Part shown: positions 11,691-22,652 of the stretch, piece by piece | Numbering within the stretch: the stretch's first letter is position 1 | How the letters are laid out: each line of letters opens with the position of its first letter | Assembly (NCBI RefSeq): GCF_004010195.1 | Contig: NC_057749.1 | Coordinates: forward strand, 20,662,385-20,699,773 | Length of the DNA stretch: 37,389 nt | Reading direction: 5' to 3' | Source of the DNA: Chiloscyllium plagiosum | Lineage: Eukaryota | Program-made: the position numbers and the translations under genes | The notes under the pieces: generated by a model | The model's input: the letters and a program-made list of their open reading frames with translations, nothing else | The model's database searches: none | What the model was told of the DNA's origin: nothing

Positions 11691-12496
11691 ATGAGCTAAT
11701 GCGAGGTGATGCGTTTTGGAAGATCCAATTCAAGAGTGAACTATACAGTATGTGGAAAAATCCTGGGAAAAATTGATGTACAGAGAAATATGGGTGTTCA
11801 GGTCCATGGTACCCTGAAGGTGGCAACGCAGGTCAGTACAGTGGTCAAGAAGGCATACGGCATGCTTTCCTTCATCGGACAGGGTATCGAGTACAAGGAT
11901 TGGCAGGCCATGTTATAGTTGTGTCAGACTTTGATTTGGCCACGTTTGGGATACTGCATACAATTCTGGTTGCCACATTACCAAAAAGATGTGGATGCTT
12001 TGGAGAGGGTGCAGAAGACATTCACCAGGATGTTGCCCGGTATGGAGGGCGCTAGCTATGAAGAGAGGTTGAGTAGATGAGGATTATTTTCATTAGAAAG
12101 ACTGAGGTTGAGGGGGTTGTGATTAAGGTCTACAAAATCATGAGAGGTATAGACAGGGTGGATAGCAAGAAGCTTTTTCCCCCCAGAGTGGGGGACTCAA
12201 TTACTAGGGGTCATGAGTTCAAAATGAAGGGGGGAAAATTTAAGGGAGATATGCATAGAAAGTTCTTTACGCAGAGGGTGTTGGGTGCCTGAAACACGTT
12301 GTTAGTGGAGGTGGTAGAGGCGGGCATGACAGCGTCATTTAAGATGTATCTAGACAGATACATGAATAGGCAGGGAGAAGAGGGATACAAATCCTTAGAA
12401 AATAGGCAAAAGGTTTAGATAGAGGATCTGGATTGGCGCAGGGTTGGAGGGCTGAAGGGCCTGTTCCTGTGCTGTAATTTCCTTTGTTCTTTGTAC
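11691..12496 (+). mobile_element. 5'-truncated CR1 LINE with TSD
   Basis: VVKKAYGMLSFIGQGIEYK, VYKIMRGIDRV and a tail TTTGTTCTTTGT. TSD AACTATG at 11684-11690 and 12497-12503. Confidence 0.93.
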
Positions 12497-12770
12497 AACT
12501 ATGTGGATAAGGGCTCTGGATTTAACAAAAGTAACTGTGGGGAGCCAGCACTAGACTGTCAATGCATCGCAACCCAAACAAAACAAATATGAGCATAAAA
12601 GAGGTTTAAAGTAACTGAGGTACATTACATGTGATGGTCTTAGAGTGGGAGTGGGAAATCATAAAACATGACAGGTTAAGCTGATTGGATGTATTTTATG
12701 AATTAAGAAACCAAGTACAAAACCAACACTTGTGTTTATACAGTGCTTTTTGCAAGGGTCTAAGAATACT

Positions 12771-12831
12771 TTTGAAAAGTATGGTGCTGGAAAAGCACAA
12801 CAGGGCAGGCAGCATCTGAAGAGCAGGAGAA
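12771..12831 (-). mobile_element. 61-bp Penelope terminal fragment with 12-bp TSD
   Basis: TGGTGCTGGAAAAGCACA..GGCAGCATC..GAGCAGGAGAA is flanked by TCTAAGAATACT at 12759-12770 and 12832-12843. Confidence 0.85.
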
Positions 12832-14028
12832 TCTAAGAATACTGCAAGGCTCTTTACAGCAAATGAAGTGATTTTGATCTGTAATCATAGCTATTATGTA
12901 AGAATGGAAAAAAAACTTGTCCTAGGTATATTTACTCCATAAACCTTGATATCATTGAATCTTCTCCAGCTGAAATTCCCACTGAAGCCGAAGGGAAAGC
13001 TGCAATAACTGCAAAGTAAGTCTCAAATGAAAGGCAAACTCCAAGATTATATGTATAAGTCTGAATATTGGTCTCACTTTCAGAAGTTGGCACATTTATT
13101 ACCGTTGCACAAAAATGTCTTCATGCAACAGTGCAAATGTTTTGAATACTAATCGTGATATTACTAATATAATGACAAATAAAAAGAGAAATTCCTGCTG
13201 TCTCATGCCCAGCTGCAATAGGATACCCTGACTCTCTGTGAGGATTCACATGTTGGACCTAATCCAGTCAATAATACTAATTCTTCAACTGTTTCCTCAA
13301 AATGAGAAAATACAAAGTCCATTTTGGATTCCAGGTCTCTTATCAACAAAAACAGGCACAGATTAGTTTTCTTATCTGAAGACAGCCACAGCACTGAAGA
13401 TTGAGAGATGCAGGATAGGGAAAAGTGGCTACTTGTGTTATTCCCTTCAACTAACGAAACTGAAGTAACTTGGCAAATGCTTTCACCAGCACAGTGGTAA
13501 CACAAACTCATTTGTTTGGAATGCCTCAAGTGTAATCTCTAACCAATGTAGCCATCAATTGACGAGCCTTGTGTGCAAATAAAATACACAGAAAAGCCAC
13601 AACTACCAACTGTGCAGAACTAGATAATTAATAAACACTATGTAGCAGTTTATCTTGGGACAATAATTAACACAACTTACAACTGAAGGAGTCAAAATGG
13701 ATGAAATAAATATGTTTTCCTGATGATTTACGAGGGGGATGGAACAAAGTAATTGGAAACAGACTGTTTTCAGTGGTTGTGGCGCCTAAAAAGAGGAAAT
13801 AGTAAAAAGACTGAGATCAAAGAACAACAGGAACATTTTGTTTGAAACAGAGGATAGGAAGGCTGGGGAAAGTCGAATGTTTTATCACATTTAGAATTCA
13901 AAACGGAGATTATATTAATTGCTAAGAATGGTCAGTTAGAGTTGAAGAGTGGGAACAAATGGGATAATGGGAAGACAGCAAGAACATGGGATTAACATCA
14001 ACCTGAATTGGTTGGGGCAAATTACATG

Positions 14029-14102
14029 NNNNNNNNNNNNNNNNNNNNNNNNNNNNNNNNNNNNNNNNNNNNNNNNNNNNNNNNNNNNNNNNNNNNNNNN
14101 NN
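14029..14102. other. Assembly gap (N run)
   Basis: Run of Ns. Confidence 1.
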
Positions 14103-14590
14103 GTGAGTTGAAATGCTGTGCTACAGGGTGGTTGGGTTGGTTCGTCCGGGTGGCCCAGAGGTGCTCTCTGAATCGCTCCGCTAGTAGGCGGCCTGTCTCC
14201 CCAATATAGAGGAGGCCACACCGGCTGCAGCGGATGCAGTAGATGATGTGGGTGGAGGTGCAGGTGAATCTGTGGCGGATATGGAAGTTTCCTTTGGGGC
14301 CTTGGAGAGAAGTGAGGGGGGAGGTGTGGGCGCAAGTGTTGCACCTCCTGCGGTTGCAAGGGAAGGTGCCGGGAGTGGTGGTTGGGTCGGTGGGGGGTGT
14401 GGATCTGACAAGGGAGTCGCGGAGGGAGTGGTCTCTACGGAAAGCTGATAGGGGAGGGGAGGGAAATATATCCTTGGTGCTGGGGTCTGTTTGGAGGTGG
14501 CGGAAGTGATGGCGGATGATGCGCTGTACATGGAGATTGGTGGGGTGGTAGGTGAGGACCAGTGCCGCTGGACCAGTGAGGACTCAAGGG

Positions 14591-14653
14591 CCGCTCCTCC
14601 GCCCTTGAGCCCCGCCCCTCCCCCGCTCCTCCGCCCTTGAGCCCCGCCCCTCC
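14591..14653 (+). repeat. Perfect 31-bp GC-rich tandem duplication (period 32)
   Basis: CCGCTCCTCCGCCCTTGAGCCCCGCCCCTCC at 14591-14621 and 14623-14653. Confidence 0.95.
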
Positions 14654-15194
14654 AACCGCCACCAGGACAGAGCCCCACTGGTCCTGACCTGCTGTGCTGT
14701 TCCAGCAATAAAGTTTCAACTGGGGCAAATTACATGCCAACATTTCTAAAGTGTTTCAGATTGCATTGGAAGTGTAACATAATATCAAATAAGACAAAAG
14801 ATGTAATGGATCCTTTGTGAATGTGGGGTAAGCACCCAATCTGCATGCATTACAATTACAAAAAGACATATGAAGTAGTTGTTCTGAAAGAGTTATTTTG
14901 AAGCTACATTAAGCTCCACCCAAGCTGATGATGTCACAATCGATGTGAAGAAGTAGTCTAGCACAAGATCCCAAAGGAGACAGTTGCATCTGCTTTGGCT
15001 CCTCACAGTCTTTGTAAGAATGCTCAAATGGTCAATGTAGCTTGTACCTATGTGCTATCGTATAATAAAGTACATTGTGTTGTGTAAGAAAAATTCCTCT
15101 TCTCATTCAGACTCAATATTGGTTTATCCTTTACTGCGACAATTTAGACAGTTCCTTAGACTCAACACAGAGAATTAGAAAAAAGGTTCTTATT

Positions 15195-15425
15195 GCGCAA
15201 AGGTAGTGTCCCTTTGGGCTAGAAGACCTGGGTTCAAGCCCAACCTGTTCCGGGGCCTGTCATGACATCCCTGAATAGGTTGATTGAAAATATTTTAGAA
15301 ATGTAAAAAGCATGCTCACTGGGCATTGCGGTAGTGTCCCTACCTCTGAGTCAGAGGGGCCCAGTTTCAAAGCCCCCCTCCCTTGTCCTGGACACCTTTC
15401 ATAATATGCCTGAACAAGATGAATG
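15195..15425 (+). mobile_element. Two tandem ~100-bp tRNA-like short elements
   Basis: GGTAGTGTCCCT at 15202-15213 and 15330-15341, B-box-like GGGTTCAAGCCC and CAGTTTCAAAGCCC, and shared ends CATGACATCCCTGAATAGGTTGA and CATAATATGCCTGAACAAGATGA. Confidence 0.65.
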
Positions 15426-15744
15426 TAACTACTAGAAAAGCGAATTGGTGGCTCTATTCTAAACACAGCTGTTAGAGTGCCTGTCCTATGCTCCATTATC
15501 AAAACTAAGAACAATTTCACATTGTCTCTCACTTTTAACGATCACCTTTCACTCATTTCATTAAAAGTATTAAATAATTTGCAAACTCCCAAGTCGTTTT
15601 GCCTGTTGTTTTCTTTCCTTATTTTAATTGTGTTGTAACTAATGCTTTTATACTAGTATGGATTGGTTTTGTTAATGAAATTGTCCCATTTTCACAGCTG
15701 ACGATGACGTGAAAGAATACAGCAAAAGATTGCCTAACCCTCTT

Positions 15745-16020
15745 AACATGGCAGATGGTGGGCTTTGAATTCGATAGAAATCTGGAATTAAGAGTCAAAT
15801 GATGACCATGGAACCATTGCCAATTGTCAGAAAAATCCAACTGCTTCACTTATGTCCTTTAGGGAAGGAAACTGCCATCCTTACTTAGTCTGGCCTACAT
15901 GCGACTCCAGACCCACAGCAATGTGGTTGCCTCTTATCTGCCCTCAGGGCAATTAGGGACAGGCAAGAAATGTTGGCCTAGCCAGCAATACTCACATCCC
16001 ATGAATGAATAAAAAAAAAC
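15745..16020 (+). mobile_element. 5'-truncated SINE with LINE-type tail
   Basis: The body matches 7565-7790. It ends CACATCCCATGAATGAATAAAAAAAAA, similar to the LINE end at 31310-31370. Confidence 0.85.
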
Positions 16021-16624
16021 TTCTTTGCATCTCTGTACTGGAGATCCAGTAATCTAACAAATATTTATTTGCATCAGCTGTTTTCCTAAAAGCTGGAACG
16101 TTGTGGGAGAAAAGCATACTCTAATGTCTGTTTTGCACACACAAATCTTTTCAGTATATTAGATCACACAGTTATGGTTACTGCCAGTAAAACTGCTGAA
16201 TTGCTGCCCAAACACATGGACTCAAGGTGAATGAAGTCTTCTGATTTTTCCTCCCCAAAGAACGTCAAATGTGACCAGAGCATCTAAATTCCAGAAAGCT
16301 ACAAAACGATTTATCAAATCTAGCTACTATACCGCCATGCTTCTGATGGAAAGCTTTTCTTGGTTTCTAGGTTCTGTATGAGGAAGTTCTCAGAGAAACA
16401 GCTATACTGATTGATACTTGCAGAATTACAGAATTATAGAATTCTACAGCACAGCCTATGGTCATTTTTGACTGGCGCAATCACCTAAAGATACTTATCC
16501 AATTTTTCCAGTACTTGACATCATAGCCTTATATGCCTTAAAGATCTTAAAATGCATAACTATTGGGCGAAGACTTAGATTGATCTCAACATCATGTAAA
16601 GCCAAAACTAAGAAATAGTCAAAT

Positions 16625-16753
16625 GACAGAAAAATACAAAATTCTGGAAACCTGACACAAACACGGAGTATGCTGGAGAAACTCACAGGTCTGACAGCAT
16701 TTGTGGAGACAGAAACAGAATTTACATTTTGGATCTGATGTGACTTCTTCACC
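16625..16753 (-). mobile_element. Decayed Penelope terminal cassette
   Basis: TGCTGGAGAAACTCACAGGTCTGACAGCAT...GACTTCTTCA has the same architecture as 8592-8686. Confidence 0.7.
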
Positions 16754-17394
16754 ATTATTTTTTAATCAAGATGTCACAATGAAGTGCCTCCAAAGTAAAG
16801 CTGCAAATTAATTCTCACAGGGGATGGCTGGTAATCCAGTGTGCCTTGCATACTTTTTCCTCCTCCTCTCCCCTTGTAGAGCTGTACCTAAATTCAGACA
16901 ACTCAGAAATATAAGCTGACCAATACCATAGATTAAGAATCCTCTTTCCAGGAGAGCATAACGCTGCAGCTAAGATTTGAATAAGGAAATTTATAGAACA
17001 CATCATCATAAAGCACTGAAAAGATTCTCAGTGCTCATCTTCTGGGACTATTCTGCCAATCCAGTTTGCAATTTTATTCATAGGCAAGCAAGCTTCTACT
17101 GATGCATCTTCCCCCTTTTCCCCCCATTACTGAACCAATTGCTGCCCAGTCAAGTATCAATAATGTCCTACATTTTTATAGATGGATCAAGTCACATAGT
17201 TTCAACAGAGGATTGACTCACTTTCAACATTCAACTGCCCAGCCAGTCTTTTTTGGAGCCTGTGTCATTTATTTCCTTTCTAGAAGCACTGTAACCAGTT
17301 GATGATTTTACGAAGGACTAACATGGGTTGAGTCTCAATAGGCAAATATGTAGTATGACTCAATAAAATCTGCCAGTAAAAGATGTCCATCTAT

Positions 17395-18370
17395 ACCAGT
17401 GACTCAGATAAGGGGACAAAGTGTAATACATCAAGTTTGATGATGATACGAAGTTGGATTGGAGAACAAGCTGTCAAGTAATAAACTTGATATAAACCAG
17501 ATGAATATAAACCAGTTAAGTGGCTGGGCAAGTAGATGACCATCAACAGAACAATGTGTAGAAATGTGAAGTGATCCACTTTGATAGGAAGAACAGAAAA
17601 GCAGAATACTTAAGACGTGCCACTCAAATTTCTATATTAACTCAATTTTGCCACTCTATCTTCATAAACCTTGATGGGTGTATTTTATTCATTGCGTTGT
17701 TGAGCTCAGTCTCGAATATACTCAACAAATCAGCATTCTCTCTGCGATAAGAGTTCTAAAGGTTCACAATACCTCTGACTAAATTTCTCAACTTAGTCCT
17801 CATCGTGAGGCAAGTTCTCGATTCACTTGGCATAGGAAATAATTATGTTTTTAGGAATTTTATATCCTGCTGTGAGGTCACAACTCACCCTGCACAGCAT
17901 ATAAACCCATTCTATTCACCTCCTTTCCTCGGGCAGTTTCATGATACCAGGAAATCATTGTAGTGAATCTTTGTTGCAGCCAGTCCAAAAAACATATATT
18001 CTTCCTCATGCAAGGAGACCCATAAAAGTATGCAGTATGCCACTGTAGCCTCACCAAAGCCCTTTATAATTGCAGCAACACTTCCTAGCTCTTGTACTCA
18101 AAACCCTTTGCAAAAAAGTACATGACTTGCTTTCATAATTGTTTACTTTATCTGCACATTAACTTTGTGACTTATGAATAAGCTCACACAAATCCATCAG
18201 AATGTCAATAATTACTCATCTCTCACCATCTAAAAGGTGAACACAAAGGGAATCAAGGGATAAGACAAAATGGAAAAGTGGAGTTGATGTAGATTAGCCA
18301 TGATACCGAATAAGCAAAGCAAGTATGGGAAGCCTGAAGATCTATTACTGGTCTTTTTTATGTTATCTCC
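17395..18370. mobile_element. Ancient CR1 pieces in +/-/+ orientation
   Basis: 17395-17612 (+) encodes SKFDDDTK..CEVIHF; ~17630-18234 (-) contains EYKS*EVLLQL*RALVR; 18235-18370 (+) is a CR1 3' UTR. Confidence 0.65.
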
Positions 18371-19097
18371 TGATAATAGCAGACAAAATGCAACACACCC
18401 TAACAGACAGCTCTGGCAATTGGAAATGCAGAATTTTAAGAGCAGCTGTTTTCCTTTCGACAACACAATCATGAATACAAAGTTTGCTGTTTTCAATGAT
18501 AGCTTCCAACAGCTATTTATTGAACTTCTAGTTTTCTCATATTCTACACGCTAATTAGTAACATTCCAGTCAGTTTGATGTCCTGGGAGTCTAAATTTAG
18601 CAACCTACGTCAACATTACTCATCACTTATCCAGTGTAATCTCGTATACAGACACGTGCATTGTGAGGTTGACTCTTCCGCCAAAGCAGTAAAAAAACAG
18701 GAGTGGATCATTCTTCACTTGGTTTCCACAAACCTATATGCTCCTCAATGGTCTAAATGTGCCACAAGAATCCAGACATTGTGAATCATACAAGGAATCA
18801 ATCACAAACACACAAGGCAAAGGAAGATTGTATTACTGAGAATATGGTGCCTGTATTAGAAATATACAATTTAACAATCTGTGTTCTAGTTCTCTTGTTA
18901 TTTCAGTGATTTCTGTGTGGAGAACCCAGCCTATCATTCACAATATCTCCATCATAATGAACACAATAAACACAGGTTGTGTGTATAACTAAACTGAATG
19001 CTAACCAAACTAACACACTAGTAAAAATGAAGGAAGGACTGCTGTATTTCATCCTCTTCCCAACACTAGCAGTTAGTTGTTCACACAATAAGTAGTG

Positions 19098-19938
19098 ACA
19101 TAGAGACATAGACAGAGAATACTACAGCACGGAGACAGGCTCTTTGGCCCAAACTGGCCCGTGCTGACCAAAATGTCCATCAACTCTAACCCCATTTCCC
19201 TGCACTTGGCCTATAACCTTCTAAACCTTTCCTGTCCATGTACTTGTCCAAATTCCTTTTAAATGTTGCTAATGTAATTGCCTCAACCACACCCATCCAC
19301 TGGCAGCTTATTCCATATGCGTACCCCACCCTCTGTGTAAAAAAAGTTGCCCCTCAGGTTCCCTTTTATTTTTTCCCTTCTAAACTGATGCCCTCTAGTT
19401 TTCGATTCCTCAAACCTGGGGAAAAAAGACTGAGTACATTCACCCTATCCATGCCTCTCATGATCTTATACACGTCTATAAGATTCCACCTCAGTCTCCA
19501 AAGCATTAAAGAAAAAAGTCCTAGCTTGTCCAACCTCTCCCAATAACTCAGACCCTTGAGCCCTGACACCATCCTTGTAAGTTTCTTCTGCACTCTTTCC
19601 AGTTTAATAAGATCCTTCCTATAGCAAAGTAACCAAAAGTGAATATAAAATTCCAAGTGCAGTCTCACCCACGTCCTGCACAACTGCAATATAACTTCCC
19701 AACTTCTATACTCAATGCCCTGACTGATGAAGGCCAGTGTGCCAAAAGCCTTCCTCACTGCACCTGTGACTCCACTTTCAGAGGACTGTGCTCCTGAACT
19801 CCAAGATCCTTTTGTTCCACTACACTCCTTAAGAGCCAACCATTCACCATGAAACTCCTACCTTGATTTGATTTTCCAAAATGTAAGATGTCAAACTTAT
19901 CTATATTAAATTCTATTTGCCAATTCTTGGCCCAGTGC
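19098..19938 (-). mobile_element. 5'-truncated CR1 LINE
   Basis: WAKNWQIEFNIDK and KAFGTLAFISQGIEYRSWEV..KLERVQKKLTRM, with the tail at ~19100. Confidence 0.93.
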
Positions 19939-20126
19939 TCTGCACACAGAACAAAACCTGGCAATTCATCTGCATGTTTGTACTTGCCCCAAATGCAACC
20001 TTCCGTATAGTCGCAGAAAATCTTAGATAAAAAAATCAGAAATAATAAGTTGAAGAGATAGGTCAGGCTGGAACATGACAGGGAGCGAGGAATGCCTGTT
20101 TGATTAAATTGCATCTAATTCAATGC

Positions 20127-20533
20127 AGAGTCAAAAGCACAGCCAGTCAGGCAGCAGCTGAGGAGCAGGAGAGTCAACGTCTTGAGCATAAGCTCTTCCA
20201 TCAGGAATGTGTAGGTAGGCACTGAGGAAGGAGATGTGGCTGTAATATTGAATCTGCTTCAACTAAAGAGCTAGAGGGCAGAGGAGACGACCTGGGGGGT
20301 GCAGTGAGAGAGAGATTCACTGAGTTCCTTGTAGAGGGAGGAGGAGAACTTCCTTAAAGTAGGCATCCTTGGAAGAGGCTTCGCAGTAAGGTTATAATCA
20401 ACTAGGAGAAAGCGAGGTCTGCAGATGCTGGAGGTAAGAATCAAAATGTGTGGTGTGGGAAAAGTACAGGTGGTCAGGCCATCCGAGGAGCAGGACAGTT
20501 GATGTTTTGAGCATAAGCTCTTCATCAGGAATC
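20127..20533 (-). mobile_element. Penelope fragment with two direct hammerhead-bearing repeats, nested in CR1
   Basis: Direct repeats 20133-20208 and 20460-20532 each carry a minus-strand CTGATG(G)A-agagcttatgctc core. Between them is the PLE 5' segment MPTLRKFSSSLYKELSESLSHCTPQVVSSAL. Confidence 0.8.
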
Positions 20534-21833
20534 TAAGAGGGCTGACAGGTAAAGCCGATGAAGTCAGGCATGGATAGGTATGTGGATCTGGGATATTATA
20601 GCTATTAAAGAAACGTGGCTAAGGAAGAGGCTGGATTGGCAGCTTAACGTGCCAGTGTACAGGTACTTTGGGGCGACAGAAGTGGTGGAAAGATGAGAGG
20701 GAGAATTATATTTTTCATTAAGGCAAGTATCACTCCAGAAGTCAGAGATGAAATAACTGAAGGATCATCCAGTGAGGCTTTGTGGGTGTAGCTAAGAAAT
20801 AAGAAAGGAATGACGACATTATTGGGATTGTACTGCAGGCCCCCAAAAAGTCACTGGGAATTAGAGGAACAAATATGCAGGGAGATTGGTGAGACTTGCA
20901 GGAGCAATAGGATCATCATAGTAGGGGATTTTAATTTTCCTAACATTAACTGGGACTGCCACAGCATTAAGGGCTGAGATAGGGTGGAATCTGCTCCGTG
21001 TGTTCAGTAAAGATTCCTCAAGCAGCATATACAGGGTCCTACTCAGGAAGGGGCAAAACTCTTGGGAAATAGGGCAGGACAGGTGACTGAGTTGACAGTG
21101 GAGGAGCACTTTGGGACCAGTGACTTAAGTTCTCTTAGGTTTCAAGTAGTTATGGAGAGGGACAAAACTGGTCCACAGCTTCAAGTTTGAAACTGGGGCA
21201 AATTGAATGGAATTAGACGGGAGCTTGCAGGGGTTGACTGGAGTAGTTTGTTTGCAGGCAAAGGGACCTCCGGAAAGTGGGAAGCCTTTAAAAGTGAGAC
21301 ACCTAGAGTTCAAAGTCTACATGCTTCTGTGAGGGTGAAGGGCAAGGTTGGCAGGAATAGAGAACCCTGGGTGCCAACTGATATTGAAGCTTTGACTAGA
21401 AAAAAGGCATGGCTCGGGTACAGGCAGCTGCGATCAAGGAAATCCCTGGAGATATACAGGGGCTACAGGAGTTTACTGAAGGAAATCAGGAAGGCAAACA
21501 GGGAGCATGAGATAGCCTTGGGTGAGAAGAGTAGGGTGAATCCAAAGGGGTTCTTTAAGTATATCAAAGGAAGAATGACAGCAAAGGACACATAGGACCC
21601 CTCAAGGACCAAAGCGAATATGTATGTATAGAATCGCAGCAGAAGGGCAAGGTCCTCAATGAATATTTCTCATCTGTGTTTACCGTGGAGAAAGACAAGA
21701 CGACTTGGGAACTTGGGGATGATATCTTGGGGATAGTCCATATCACAGTAGAGGTAGTGTTAGATGTATTAGGATGTTATGAAGGTGGGTAAACTCCTGG
21801 TTCTGACCAGATATATCCATGAACACTGCAAGA

Positions 21834-22652
21834 TGGGACCTTGATCAGATGGGCCGAAGGGCCAAGGAGTGTCAGATGAAGTTTAATTTAGATAAATGTG
21901 AGGGGTTGCATTTTGGAAAGGCTATTTTGGGCAAGATTTATGCCCTTATTGGTAATGTCCTGGGTAGTGTTGCTGAACAAAGAGACCTTCGAGTGCAGAT
22001 TCATTGTTCCTTGAAAGTGGAGTCGCAGGAAGACAGGGTAATAAAGAAGGCATTCAGTCTGCTTTCCTTTATTGGTCAGAGCATAGGAGTTGGGGAGGTC
22101 ATATTGCCGCTGTACAGGACATTGGTTAGGCCACGTTTGGAATATTGTGTGCAGTTCTGGTTTTCCTCCTATAGGAAGGATGTTTTGAAACCTGAAAGGG
22201 TTCAGAAAAGATTTAGAAGGATGTCGCCAGGGTTGGGTTTGAGCTGGAGAGAGAGGCTGAATAGGCTGGAGCTGTTCTCTCTGGAGTGTCGCCGGCCGAG
22301 GGATGATCTTAGAGGTTTATAAAATCATGAGGGGCATGGATAGGGTAAACAGACAAGGTCTTTTCCCTGGAGCAGAGGAGTTCAGAACTAGAGGGCATAG
22401 GCTTATGGTGAGAGGGGAAAGATATAATAAGAGACCTAAAGGGCAACTTTTTCACGCAGAGGGTGGTGTGTGTATGGAATGAGCTGCCAAAGGAAGTGGT
22501 GGAGGCTGGTACAATTACAGCATTTAAAATGCATCTGGATGGGTATATGAATAGGAAGGGTTTAGAGGGGATTAGATTAGTTTAGAATACCTGGTTGGCA
22601 TGGACAAGTTGGACCAAAGGGTCTGTTTCCATGCTGTACATTTCTAGGATCT
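21834..22652 (+). mobile_element. Younger CR1 3' fragment nested in older CR1
   Basis: Same subfamily as 1-643. It is flanked by AAGA (21830-21833 and 22653-22656), and the host reading resumes across it (..IYP*TLQ|EAREEIAGAL). Confidence 0.9.

Larger units (their letters stand above)
14029..14720 (-). mobile_element. Young Penelope-like retroelement (GIY-YIG endonuclease region) with inverted 5' end and 16-bp TSD
   Basis: Stop-free minus frame 14562-14104: LVLTYHP...SAFRRDHSLRDSLVRS...CNRRRCNTC...FTCTSTHIIYCIRCSRCGLLYIGETGRLLAERFREH...PVAQHFNS. TSD TGGGGCAAATTACATG at 14013-14028 and 14721-14736. Confidence 0.93.

Noticed and set aside
13203..13529. 108-aa minus-strand ORF in unique DNA
   Set aside because: No recognisable domain, non-ATG start and no convincing splice boundaries.
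14181..14743. GC-rich ORFs, GC boxes and a CpG-island-like promoter
   Set aside because: Fully explained by alternative frames of the young Penelope insertion and its junction duplication.
17012..17035. 8-bp stem hairpin AGCACTGA/TCAGTGCT
   Set aside because: Too short for a pre-miRNA and expected by chance.
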